A stretch of DNA of 64,000 nt from Melioribacteraceae bacterium (GCA_026417375.1 JAOADJ010000008.1:96640-160639), one strand, 5' to 3'. Positions 17,300 through 26,573 are shown, counted from the stretch's first letter. A program made the numbers and translations. The notes: generated by a model not told the origin, from the sequence alone.

Positions 17300-19726
17300 T
17301 TATAAAACCGGCGTGTTAATTCCAATCACAAAATTATTAAGCCCTTTGTAATTCAATTTCCATGTAAATTCAATTCTGAACGGAAATAGTTGTTGTCCCA
17401 ATCCAAATCCAATTTCTGCAAATGGTTTTTTGAATTCTGAAATTTTATTTGTTAATACATTTGTGGGTAAAATATTTTTACTTTGTTGTGAAGCTTCAAT
17501 ATATGAAGTGTTAAAATGAATACTAAAATTCATTTGCCAATCAATTAAAAAGGATAATCCCAATAGTCGGAAAAGTTCATCATTTAAATTATTTTCAACT
17601 GATAACATTATTACTTTGTCACCAAAAACTTCTCTTGTTCTTAACGTTCTGAAAGTAAATGATTGGCTACCGCTTTCAATATTTCCGGGTAGAGCAAAAA
17701 GCATTTGGTATGGAATTGCGTTTGTAGATTTAATACCAATTATTGAAAACCTTGTGCTTGCTGATTCAATTAATGGAAATGATCCGTTAATATTTAGTCT
17801 ATATGTTTCAAAATTTAAATCGCTTTTTAATATTTCTTTGTTACTAAAAATTGCTGAACCTCCGAATGTTATGAATCCATTTCCACTTCCAATTCTTCTT
17901 CTGAAATATCCATCTTCAATAAATTTTCTAAAATCGAATTGAAAAGATGTTGTAATTGCATTTATTCTTGTATTATAGATCGGTTGATTTACTGAATAAG
18001 ATTTATTTCTGTTTAGAATTGAGAAATCACTATTGTTACTTGCAGAATTATCTGTTCGGTTAAAATATCCTATTCCCAAATTCAAAATTGGAATTACCTG
18101 GCTTTGAACTGATAAACTAAATCCTTTGGTGTAATAATAATTTCTAAAATCATATTTACCTAAAACAGAGGTTAGTGTTGAAGTCAGTTTATTATATCTT
18201 ATTGATTCAGTAAATAAATCGGTTAGTTTATTAAAAAGGGAAAAAGAAATATTTGTTGTTCTATAATCTCCTAACAAATAATTAGCAGTAATACTTTGTT
18301 TAAATTTTTTATCACTAAATCCAAATGATAAATCCAAATCAGCGTTAAATCTTTTATCAAAAAGCTGAATTGCATTACCTCCAAAATTTAAAGCATGACC
18401 TTCGACATTATTGAAAGAATAAATTGATAACGGACCATAAACAGAAAAATTTTTATTTATTGATATTGTAGTTGAAAGTATAGAAAAGTTATCCCAAAAA
18501 GTTTTTTCAATTGCTTCTAAACTATCTATTCTTTTGTATGCTGCAAGTTCCTCTTCTGTATTTGGTATTGTTTGAATATTTCTCCAATAAGTTGAATCTC
18601 TTTTATCTGCATCAGCTTTTACTTTTATAACTGTCATGTCAAAAAATTTTTCATCGATGTTACTGTTAATTTTATAATCAAAGAAAATTGAATTTAATTC
18701 AAAAGCAAATTTGAATAATCCCATTGGATTACCTTCCACATTAATTCTATAATCAATTGGCATCACAATGTTGTTTTCAAATGGTGTGAACTGTTGAATA
18801 ATATTTATCTTGTTAAAAATTCTTCCGGGATTTGCCGGATCATTTAGCCCTGCTTCGAGTTTAACCAAATTGTATGTTTTATCAGAAATGTAAAGTGTTC
18901 CAACAAAACCGGGATTAATTCTTTTCAATGGTTCAAATTTTATTTTGAATACATTTTGTTTATCCATTGCAAGTGTATCTTCAATAAAATAATCATAATA
19001 CTCAATTGCTTCATCGGCTATTGGACTTAACAAAGGACGATTAAAAAACCGAATGTCATCTGTGTAGAAATTTTGAATTAATCTTCCGCCGGTAAATATA
19101 TTAATTGTAGATGGTGTATTTGCGCTTTGTTTTCTTGCTATTATTTCATCTTTATAAAAATTTGGTTTTTTATAATAACCACGGCTTTCATTTTCAATTA
19201 ATCCAGTAATTTTAAGTTTTGATGAATCGCCACTTGAATCGCCAACAGCAACACTAACTTGAGTTCCGCTTGAATTAAAATCTCTTACTGTTTTTATTAT
19301 TCCTTTTGTATAAGCACTAAAAATGTAAGAATCAATTTTTTGATTTCTTTCATGTTTCGCTTCAATTACTCTTCTTATTATTTCAAGTGCTGGGTTTTCT
19401 CCGGGTAAAACAGTTATTTCAGAAAGATTAATTGGAACTGGTTCTAATTTGATTTCTAAAAATTTATCAGTAGTGAGTTTTACATTTATCGTATCTGAAA
19501 TATATCCAATGTTCGAAACTATTAATTTATAATTTCCTTTTTCTAATCTTAATTGAAATAATCCATCAAATGTTGATGCAGTTCCATAATTTGTTCCGGC
19601 AACACGAATATTAGAATAAGCAAGTGCTTGGTCATTATTTTTATCTGTTACTTTCCCTTTAATTAAAAATTGTTGAGCATTAATTTGAAATGTTACTATC
19701 AAAAGAATGAAATAGAGGAACTTCAT
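17300..19726 (-). CDS. DUF5686-like outer-membrane protein with N-terminal carboxypeptidase-regulatory-like domain
   Basis: ATG at 19726 after AGGAG; signal peptide; KGKVTDK...LAYSNI...GTAS..DG.F.L; IIRRVIEAK; C-terminal beta-barrel with KKPFAEIGFGL. Confidence 0.8.
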   Translation of the reverse strand: MKFLYFILLIVTFQINAQQFLIKGKVTDKNNDQALAYSNIRVAGTNYGTASTFDGLFQLRLEKGNYKLIVSNIGYISDTINVKLTTDKFLEIKLEPVPINLSEITVLPGENPALEIIRRVIEAKHERNQKIDSYIFSAYTKGIIKTVRDFNSSGTQVSVAVGDSSGDSSKLKITGLIENESRGYYKKPNFYKDEIIARKQSANTPSTINIFTGGRLIQNFYTDDIRFFNRPLLSPIADEAIEYYDYFIEDTLAMDKQNVFKIKFEPLKRINPGFVGTLYISDKTYNLVKLEAGLNDPANPGRIFNKINIIQQFTPFENNIVMPIDYRINVEGNPMGLFKFAFELNSIFFDYKINSNIDEKFFDMTVIKVKADADKRDSTYWRNIQTIPNTEEELAAYKRIDSLEAIEKTFWDNFSILSTTISINKNFSVYGPLSIYSFNNVEGHALNFGGNAIQLFDKRFNADLDLSFGFSDKKFKQSITANYLLGDYRTTNISFSLFNKLTDLFTESIRYNKLTSTLTSVLGKYDFRNYYYTKGFSLSVQSQVIPILNLGIGYFNRTDNSASNNSDFSILNRNKSYSVNQPIYNTRINAITTSFQFDFRKFIEDGYFRRRIGSGNGFITFGGSAIFSNKEILKSDLNFETYRLNINGSFPLIESASTRFSIIGIKSTNAIPYQMLFALPGNIESGSQSFTFRTLRTREVFGDKVIMLSVENNLNDELFRLLGLSFLIDWQMNFSIHFNTSYIEASQQSKNILPTNVLTNKISEFKKPFAEIGFGLGQQLFPFRIEFTWKLNYKGLNNFVIGINTPVL

Positions 19727-19823
19727 TAAAACTCCTGACGAATTATTATTTAAAAAACATAAACAATATATGCTGTTAAAAAGATTCATATTTTAATATC
19801 TGTTATTAACCAAAAAAAATAAT

Positions 19824-20699
19824 TCAAAACAGAGAAAGTAATCTTTTGTGTTTGACAAAATAAATGATTGTCATAATCAGATAAGTAAAAACAAAATTAA
19901 TTAAAGAGATAAAAAGGGAATAAACAAACATACCATTAAATAATATCGTATAACTATTAATTTTATATAATTGATTTGAAAAATTTACACCCAAATAAAT
20001 TGTAACCAAATTTAAAATGAACAAAATCATAACAATGAAAAACAAACCAAAGAGCATTCCTTTAATATCCGGGGGACTTAATTGCATATGAGAACTTATA
20101 CAAAGGGAAATGTATAAGAAAATAAAAAAATATACTGATGTAAAATTTGAAGAAGTAAATAAAAATTTAACCAGCATATTTCCTATAGAAAATAAATTTT
20201 CAACATTGGCAAAAATATTTTTGATACTAAGGTTTTGAATTGAGTTTGCAGAAAGAAGATTTGAAATTTGATTTTGATTAGGCACTAAAAAGTACATCAA
20301 CACATATAAAACAAAAGAACCAAATATTATTGGTCCTGCACCGATAAAAAAATTACCAATAATTTGATAATAACTATTTTTGTTGTAACTGTGATTAACA
20401 TATCCAAGAGTTCCATCAAAAGAGTTTATTTGAAATAATTTCATTTCGTTTATTTTATGTCGGAATATTAAACAAAAAATTGCGTGACCAATTTCATGAA
20501 CAGGAACTCCAATCCAACCTGTCAAATAAATATCAAGTTTATAATAACCAGAATTAACAAAAACTTTTCTTGTTAATTTCGAAATAAAAAATAATAACAA
20601 CCCAAAAAGAAAAAACAAACCAAGCAAGCTTACAATTTGGTTAAAAGTAATTAAAGCTACTTTAAATAAGTATTCAAGAATTTTAAAAATTGAATTCAT
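19824..20699 (-). CDS. Integral membrane protein with HEXXH motif (M50-like metallopeptidase)
   Basis: GVPVHEIGHA in a TM context, GYVNH, FFIGAGP, LSPPD. Confidence 0.6.
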   Translation of the reverse strand: MNSIFKILEYLFKVALITFNQIVSLLGLFFLFGLLLFFISKLTRKVFVNSGYYKLDIYLTGWIGVPVHEIGHAIFCLIFRHKINEMKLFQINSFDGTLGYVNHSYNKNSYYQIIGNFFIGAGPIIFGSFVLYVLMYFLVPNQNQISNLLSANSIQNLSIKNIFANVENLFSIGNMLVKFLFTSSNFTSVYFFIFLYISLCISSHMQLSPPDIKGMLFGLFFIVMILFILNLVTIYLGVNFSNQLYKINSYTILFNGMFVYSLFISLINFVFTYLIMTIIYFVKHKRLLSLF

Positions 20700-20826
20700 A
20701 AAAACATTTTTAATTATAAATATTTGAAAACTGAAATGTAATTTATGTAGAAACTACTTTTAAATGTAATTCCCAATGAAGATAATATCAACTAATTAAA
20801 TAATCTGATTTGATATTAAGACTTAC

Positions 20827-21486
20827 TTATGTTGGTTTTACAATTTTCAAATTTATAAGAGTTGTTTTTTCAAATCGTTTTGAAGTTGTTTTAACTTCAG
20901 CAATTTCCTGAATCAAACCGAAACCCAATGAAAAATATTTATCACTATACCAGGTAATGCCATTGCCGGTTCTAATTTTAATGCAGGAATATTTTTTATT
21001 TTCAATTATAACTTCATCATTATCAGACAAACAGCTAAAAACATTTTTATAATCACCCTGGTCTTCAAACCATTTATCTCCTATTTTAATTGGATATTTT
21101 AAATACACATCTTTTCGGAAATAATATGAACTATCAAAAGAATTAGCAAAACCGTAACGATATAAAATTGTATCTTCATAATTATATAATGAATAAGTTA
21201 TAATTAATTCCTTCGTTAAAAATGCTTCTTTAGTTTGTTTCACTTTAAATACTTCAATCTCTTTACCTTCAAATCTTATTTTTATTTTATCAATAACTTC
21301 AATGCTTGAAATACTTGAATGAATAAGAGTATCATTTTGAAAAACATCATATTTGTATTCCCACTTGTTTCCAACAGCAAGCGGAAAAATTTGATTGGAA
21401 ATAAAATTCTCTTCTGGTTCTACACTTGTACAAGCAAAACATGAAAACAATGAAAGTAAAATTATCGTTGATAGTGTAGTTTTCAT
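20827..21486 (-). CDS. Hypothetical lipoprotein
   Basis: Lipobox FAC; FPLAVGNKWEY and YFSLGFGLI motifs of beta-rich lipoproteins. Confidence 0.7.
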   Translation of the reverse strand: MKTTLSTIILLSLFSCFACTSVEPEENFISNQIFPLAVGNKWEYKYDVFQNDTLIHSSISSIEVIDKIKIRFEGKEIEVFKVKQTKEAFLTKELIITYSLYNYEDTILYRYGFANSFDSSYYFRKDVYLKYPIKIGDKWFEDQGDYKNVFSCLSDNDEVIIENKKYSCIKIRTGNGITWYSDKYFSLGFGLIQEIAEVKTTSKRFEKTTLINLKIVKPT

Positions 21487-21551
21487 CTTAATACGGCACT
21501 AAATAACTAACTGGAAATTGATTGTTACTCAATAGTGTTCAACTGGAAATT

Positions 21552-22313
21552 TTATTCACCATATAAAAGTTGCCCATCTTTAAATACATATAGACAACCC
21601 GGAGTCAGCTCATTCCACTTTTCGTTTGTCAATGGGCGAGTCGCTATAATAAAACCTCTTTGATCTATGCTCTTATTTTCAGCCAAATCAACTTCCCAAT
21701 CTTCATCTCTAAGTGATATTTTAGAATATGGTGCACACCGCTCAGTCATACAAAGACCGTTATAACCATTTACGTCGCGATAAACGAAAAGATTTTCTCC
21801 CTCAGAAAAAAGAATATTCATATTGCCACATTCGTTGAAGTCACGAAGAATTACTTCAATTTTTTTAAAATCTGTAAAGCTGATTTTACTATCAGACATT
21901 ATTGTAAGTAAAGCGCAAAGTAAATATTCGGAATCCGTTTCGCCTACAGGGTGAAATTTTAATTTAGTTTTTTTTATAACGGGATCTAAAGTACCGTTGT
22001 GGGCAAGGGCTAACTCTCGGGAGCGAAAAGTCTTTATAAATGGGTGAGTGTTCTTAAGAGCAGGCTCACCTTTACTTGCATATCTTACATGACCAATAAA
22101 AATCTTACTAACAAATTTATCATAATCTTTAAGGAAAGTGGCTAACTTGCTGTTTGAAGCATTTATTGGTTCTTTAAATACTTGACAAGCCGGACCATCA
22201 AATCGGGCAATTCCCCATCCATGCGGGTTATGTTTACCCCTATGACGAAATCCTCTGAAAGATATAGAACACTTTACTGGTTTATTAAAATTGAGCCCCA
22301 ATAACTCGCACAT
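21552..22313 (-). CDS. Class II glutamine amidotransferase (YafJ/EgtC-like)
   Basis: N-terminal MCELLG nucleophile, HNPHGWG, GHVRYAS, NTHPF, AHNGT, GETDSE. Confidence 0.92.
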   Translation of the reverse strand: MCELLGLNFNKPVKCSISFRGFRHRGKHNPHGWGIARFDGPACQVFKEPINASNSKLATFLKDYDKFVSKIFIGHVRYASKGEPALKNTHPFIKTFRSRELALAHNGTLDPVIKKTKLKFHPVGETDSEYLLCALLTIMSDSKISFTDFKKIEVILRDFNECGNMNILFSEGENLFVYRDVNGYNGLCMTERCAPYSKISLRDEDWEVDLAENKSIDQRGFIIATRPLTNEKWNELTPGCLYVFKDGQLLYGE

Positions 22314-22522
22314 ATTTTTTTATCAACCTCCTGAATAATTAATAAGGGGGGATTTTTAACAACTGTAAAATAATTATAACTTTGTAAATATAATCACAAA
22401 ATTATTTTATAAAACTGGTTCGGGATTTTCAACAAAATAAAATGTAATCATCTGAACAATTAAATTACATTTTATACCATACTATTACTCATCACTCATT
22501 ATCTGCTTTTTAATTGATAAGA

Positions 22523-22945
22523 TTATTTAACCTTCTTTATCGTTAATTCAGCAGATACAAATGGTGGAGCTGATTTAGTTGTACCACTTGCATAAATATT
22601 ATCATTGTCTCCACGTTTAATAGTAAGGATTGTTTCATCTAATCCAAATTCAGGTAAATGAATGATTATTTTATTTTCTGATAGATTTTTATTCTCTATG
22701 ACTTTTAAAGAGAATTCCTTTCTACCAAATCCAATTACATTATAATTTGCTGTGAGTTTCTCGAAATCAATTTCTATAAATCCACTGGCGTTATTTGATC
22801 TCCATTTGTTATTAGAAAATTCTGATATTGTTAAGGTTCCGCTCCAGATACCTTTTAATTTATTTTGACAATACAACTGCGATGAGAATTGTATAACAAA
22901 TAAAATTGTCAATAAAGAAATCCTAACTATTATTTTTGATGTCAT
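22523..22945 (-). CDS. Hypothetical secreted protein (last cassette; no downstream attC seen)
   Basis: Begins 26 nt after R' GTTAGGC with SD AGGAGG; signal-peptide-like N-terminus. Confidence 0.75.
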   Translation of the reverse strand: MTSKIIVRISLLTILFVIQFSSQLYCQNKLKGIWSGTLTISEFSNNKWRSNNASGFIEIDFEKLTANYNVIGFGRKEFSLKVIENKNLSENKIIIHLPEFGLDETILTIKRGDNDNIYASGTTKSAPPFVSAELTIKKVK

Positions 22946-22971
22946 TTTATCCTCCTTGTAAAATATTAATT

Positions 22972-23160
22972 GCCTAACGGCGTTGTTTTTAAGCGGACAC
23001 CAAAAGGTTTCCGCTACAAATACAACGACTTATTGTTTATGTTTTTCTTTACTTCCTTTATTTAATTATCCCTACAATTGTAAACTACAAATACCTCGTC
23101 CGACGGAATTTATCCTGCAGTATTTTTGCGGGAGCGTTCCGCTTGATACGTTGGTTATAA
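22972..23160 (-). other. attC site, 189 bp
   Basis: Minus strand: R'' TTATAAC containing the upstream gene's TAA stop, CAACG, TATCAAGCGGA ... TCCGCTTAAAAAC, AACGCC, R' GTTAGGC. AAGCGGA/TCCGCTT pair, with an unpaired C in the left arm. Confidence 0.8.
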
Positions 23161-23741
23161 ACCATTTTTATAAAATGAAATTAACTCCTTATTAATTACT
23201 TTTATTTTCTTTTCGATTTGCCAACGAATCGGATGTTTAGATTTTATAGAAAGATTTATTTCGGGAACATTTGAATAAATTGATTTTATTTTTTGAATTC
23301 TGCTTTCGATTAAACCCATGTATTTTTTGTCTTCATCTATATTTCCAAACGCATATAAAATTCCGTAAATATCGAATGACAGTAGCTTTTCATATACTAA
23401 CAATTTATAATCACGTAAATCCCAGTTTGCAAAAAGCAAATGTCGTTTTGGAGTAGCATAATCAAAAAGATTAATAACCAATGGATTTAAACCTGAATTT
23501 ATAAAAGCATAACGTAATATTCTAAGTGTAGTATCTTTAGAAAGGTTTGCACCATCAAATGATAAGGAACCGGGATTGAATAATACAACTAAAACCAATT
23601 TTTTATTTTGGGGATGCTTCTGTAAACACCAATGTCGGTAATTATCATTACTTTCCCAAAAGATTTCCCAGTTATCATATGATCTTTCGTAGACATAACC
23701 GTTTAATAGTGAATTGATAATACACCTCTAAAATTTTTCAT
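23155..23741 (-). pseudogene. DUF1643-like cassette gene with a damaged 5' end
   Basis: Frame open from 23727 (..YRHWCLQKHPQNKKLVLVVLFNPGS...DTTLRIL...VINLFDYATP) with no in-frame ATG upstream of the TTG at 23598; the nearest upstream ATG (23741) is out of frame and stops after 12 codons. Confidence 0.55.
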
Positions 23742-23759
23742 AAACCATTTTCGGAATTA

Positions 23760-24341
23760 TTAATATTCTCTCCACAAACAATAATAAACGGGTGTCCCAT
23801 AACGGAAATTTACTTCACCATCGCTTATTCGTGTTTCTCCAGGAGCTATACTTGAAAAAACATAAATATCAGAATATTCTGAGGTAATAAAACCGTTTTC
23901 ATTTAGAAAATAAATTTTAAAGTTTGGTTTAATGCTTTGACTGCCATTATTTTGAATTGTTACAAATATTTTATTTCCGTCTATTCTAAATTTCTTTATA
24001 GCAAAATCATTAAAGTAATTATCCCCTCCACTAAATCTGTATAAATTGTTATAGTAATTCTGAAGCTTTTTTTCTTCCCTTGCAATAAGGTTGCTATAAA
24101 TATTTTTTAATGAATCTGCTTGTTTTATTTTAACTTCCGCTTCTCTGGCTGCATCTTCAATTTTCTTCTTAGCGATAATTTCTGCATCTACCAACTTTTG
24201 TTCACTTTCTTGTTTTAACTTGTCAAAATTTCCATTTATAGAGTCAAGTTGTTTTTCTGTATTATACCACTTTAATGCAGAACCAATTAACAATATGAGA
24301 AGAATTAAACTAATGAACTTGAAAATATCTTTCTTTTCCAT
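23760..24341 (-). CDS. Membrane-anchored coiled-coil protein with C-terminal Ig-like domain (cassette gene)
   Basis: N-terminal TM helix, coiled coil, TIQNNG...KIYFLNENG...IAPGET; starts 18 nt after R' GTTATAA. Confidence 0.75.
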   Translation of the reverse strand: MEKKDIFKFISLILLILLIGSALKWYNTEKQLDSINGNFDKLKQESEQKLVDAEIIAKKKIEDAAREAEVKIKQADSLKNIYSNLIAREEKKLQNYYNNLYRFSGGDNYFNDFAIKKFRIDGNKIFVTIQNNGSQSIKPNFKIYFLNENGFITSEYSDIYVFSSIAPGETRISDGEVNFRYGTPVYYCLWREY

Positions 24342-24359
24342 TTTTAACTCATATTTGTT

Positions 24360-24570
24360 TTATAACAGCGTTGCAACTAAAGCGCCGCCCATAACAGAAA
24401 TGCAGCTTTGAAAAACTAGCGTCAATAATTTTATAAATTTATATTTATTGCAACTAACTTACAAAAAGTAACCAAGTTTTGTTATACCAACTTTATATTT
24501 ACTTCAAACGACCGTATCGAATTTATCCGCCTCTGGCGGAGAAGCGGTCGGGCTGAAGTGCGAGTTAGGT
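24360..24570 (-). other. attC site, 211 bp, atypical or hybrid
   Basis: Minus strand: R'' ACCTAAC (24570-24564), left arm TCGCACTTCAGCCCGACCGC; right end GCTTTAGTTGC-AACGCT-GTTATAA (24366-24360). The arms pair poorly with each other. An alternative R' GTTGGTA at 24491-24485 closes an 86-bp hairpin. Confidence 0.7.
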
Positions 24571-24585
24571 GTATTTTAAATAAAT

Positions 24586-24978
24586 TTAATAAAGCTTATT
24601 CCCACAGCTATTACAATATTTTGCATCTCTTGGATTTTCAACTGAACAATTATTACAAATCATTAATAATTTAGTCCCACAATTAGAACAATACTTCACA
24701 GCACCTTGATTCCAATAATTGCACTTCGGGCATTTGTTGTTATCGTCTTCTTTATCAATCACAAGATTAGTCCAATCTTTACTTTGAGTTTTATTTGAAA
24801 TTATTGAACCTCTGATTAAAAGAACTAAACTTACAATCATGGACATAATTGCAATGCCGAATTGTCCAGCTATCAGAAAAACAAAGAACATTCCAAATAA
24901 AATTGCCCCTATCAAATTCATTGATCCGCTAGATGTTCTTTCGCTTATTTTATTTTCTTTTTCTTCATTTGAATACAT
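24586..24978 (-). CDS. Membrane protein with double zinc-ribbon (first cassette gene)
   Basis: Two TM helices, then CPKC, CSNC, CNNC, CNSC motifs. Confidence 0.85.
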   Translation of the reverse strand: MYSNEEKENKISERTSSGSMNLIGAILFGMFFVFLIAGQFGIAIMSMIVSLVLLIRGSIISNKTQSKDWTNLVIDKEDDNNKCPKCNYWNQGAVKYCSNCGTKLLMICNNCSVENPRDAKYCNSCGNKLY

Positions 24979-24989
24979 AAATATTCTCC

Positions 24990-25025
24990 AAATACACCTA
25001 ACTATTATTTAACCCGCCAACAAAT
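24990..25025 (-). other. Candidate attI and first cassette junction
   Basis: Minus strand GGCGGGTTAAATAATAG/TTAGGTGTATTT; GTTAGGTGTATTT (25002-24990) is the exact reverse complement of AAATACACCTAAC (24576-24564) at the cassette's other end. Confidence 0.7.
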
Positions 25026-25039
25026 ATCATCCTCCGTAA

Positions 25040-25228
25040 TTATTTTCTCCAGAGTCCGATACGATTCCTAGCGTTTTGTTTTTTTTCTATTTCTTTCATA
25101 TTAATATTATAACGGAAAAATATTTTAAAACAAGTGAAATATTCTTCTGTCTTTTTGCTGTAGTGATTAACTAGTAGTTCTGTCCTTACAAGATCAAGTA
25201 GTTTTGGTTTTTCTGTTCTTAAGTCCAT
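25040..25228 (-). pseudogene. intI: Integron integrase N-terminal remnant
   Basis: MDLRTEKPKLLDLVRTELLVNHYSKKTEE matches the IntI N-terminus (KLLDxVRxxxRxxHYSxxTE); similarity ends after about 29 codons; no catalytic domain. Confidence 0.75.
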
Positions 25229-25260
25229 CTTTGAACTCAAGTCCCTCTGTAGTTATTTGC

Positions 25261-25289
25261 AACTTAATTTTTTGAAATATTTTTGTCAA
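25261..25289 (-). promoter_or_regulatory. Candidate integrase promoter
   Basis: TTGACA (25289-25284), 17-bp spacer, TAAGTT (25266-25261), upstream of SD-like GAGGG and the ATG at 25228. Confidence 0.5.
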
Positions 25290-25311
25290 GAAATTTTTTG
25301 AAACAAATAAC

Positions 25312-25701
25312 TTATTTCATAAATCTTTTAACGGTTGCTCTAAGTTCTTCTCTTGTGAATGGTTTGGCAAGATAAAAATCAAATCCGGCTGATAGAAATT
25401 CTTCTTTATCCCCCTTCATTGCAAATGCGGTTACTGCTAAAATTGGAATGTTTTTATAATATGGTATTTCTCTAATAATTCTTATTAAATCTATTCCTGT
25501 TAATCCTTTGCCTAAATTAATATCCATCAAAATTAAATTATACTCATTTGTTTTAACTTTGTTTATTGCATCTTCTGAATTAAGTGAAATTTCAACCGTT
25601 GCAAAATTTTTTAAAAATAATTTCATTACATCAACAGAAATTTCATCATCTTCAATTAAAAGTATTTTTGGTAGTTGCGATATTTGGTTTTGTTCGTTCA
25701 A
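25312..25701 (-). CDS. Single-domain response regulator
   Basis: ILLIEDD, LILMDINL, AVTA, YLAKP. Confidence 0.92.
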   Translation of the reverse strand: MNEQNQISQLPKILLIEDDEISVDVMKLFLKNFATVEISLNSEDAINKVKTNEYNLILMDINLGKGLTGIDLIRIIREIPYYKNIPILAVTAFAMKGDKEEFLSAGFDFYLAKPFTREELRATVKRFMK

Positions 25702-25772
25702 TTTATTCAGTATTAATCTTTTCTAAGTTCTAATTTCAACATTATTATCGAATTTTCCAATCTTTAGTTAAA

Positions 25773-26105
25773 CTATACTATAAAAGAATATGGTCTTTCA
25801 AGTTCATTTTCTAATTCGGTTAAATTGATGTTTCTTGATTTTCTGAATAATTCTTTTCCTTGCATATAAAATATAATTGTCGGCACCGAAAAAACAGAAT
25901 TTTGTGCAGCAAGTTCTTTTGCATTATTGCAATCAATATAAGCAAAAGAAAAAAGTGGAAATTTGTTTTCCAGTAGTTCAATTAATTTTGGTTTTAATAT
26001 TTTACAAACATTGCATTCTTGTGTGCTAAAATAAACAACAGCTGCTTCGTTGGTTTTTATAAAATTATCAAATTCTTCTGTTGAAATTATATCTTCTGTA
26101 TTCAT
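25773..26105 (-). CDS. Thioredoxin-family protein
   Basis: YFSTQECNVCK CXXC motif, SVPT cis-Pro motif. Confidence 0.88.
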   Translation of the reverse strand: MNTEDIISTEEFDNFIKTNEAAVVYFSTQECNVCKILKPKLIELLENKFPLFSFAYIDCNNAKELAAQNSVFSVPTIIFYMQGKELFRKSRNINLTELENELERPYSFIV

Positions 26106-26378
26106 AAATAATTTGTTAAACTATGATTAAATTTTTTCTTTCTTAGAACTATTTTCTGATTTTTTTATATAGCGATTCGATTTTATGTTTTACCTATTTG
26201 AAAATTTGCATTTTTTGTTTTTAAGCGCAACCGTTAGATGATTAGTTTTTGATTTGGTTACATGTTCATAAAAAATTTTTAAAAAGAATTGTTTGTAGAT
26301 TAAATTTCATTTTAAAACGAGGAATATTATAAATAAAACTACAGATAATAATTTTTAATATTGATTATTATTTAACTA

Positions 26379-26573
26379 TCAAATTTTTCCCTTGTTATCA
26401 AATTCCTCTTTACTAACTAATCTTTTTTCACAAATACGATATTGGTGAATATCAAAAAATCTTTTTAATCCATTTGCATATTTAGTAACATCCGGAATTT
26501 TAATATAACCCTCTTTCACTTCGCCGGTTTTACGGTTTTTGAATTTAATGTTAATGTATAATTCTTCTGGCAT
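26379..26573 (-). CDS. Small hypothetical protein
   Basis: ATG at 26573 after GAGG; upstream TAATTTTG (26606-26599) with TTTG 19 bp further up, a Bacteroidetes-type promoter. Confidence 0.55.
   Translation of the reverse strand: MPEELYINIKFKNRKTGEVKEGYIKIPDVTKYANGLKRFFDIHQYRICEKRLVSKEEFDNKGKI

Larger units (their letters stand above)
22523..25289 (-). mobile_element. Decayed integron: integrase stub, attI and gene cassette array
   Basis: IntI N-terminal remnant, GTTAGGT core with a 13-bp complementary R'' box, two attC sites, four short co-oriented ORFs. Confidence 0.8.

Noticed and set aside
21509-21551. 11-bp direct repeats as a second attI
   Set aside because: No matching R'' box or attC follows the downstream lipoprotein gene.
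22435-22480. Inverted repeat TAAAATGTAAT/ATTACATTTTA as an attC for the last cassette
   Set aside because: No RYYYAAC or GTTRRRY boxes at its ends; more likely a terminator-type hairpin.
22983-23456. Plus-strand ORFs 22983-23195 and 23271-23456, and likewise 24220-24411
   Set aside because: They overlap attC sites or are antisense to cassette genes, with no recognisable protein features.
26223-26239. AAGCGCAACCGTTAGAT resembling an attC right arm
   Set aside because: Isolated, on the opposite strand to the array, with no complementary left arm upstream.
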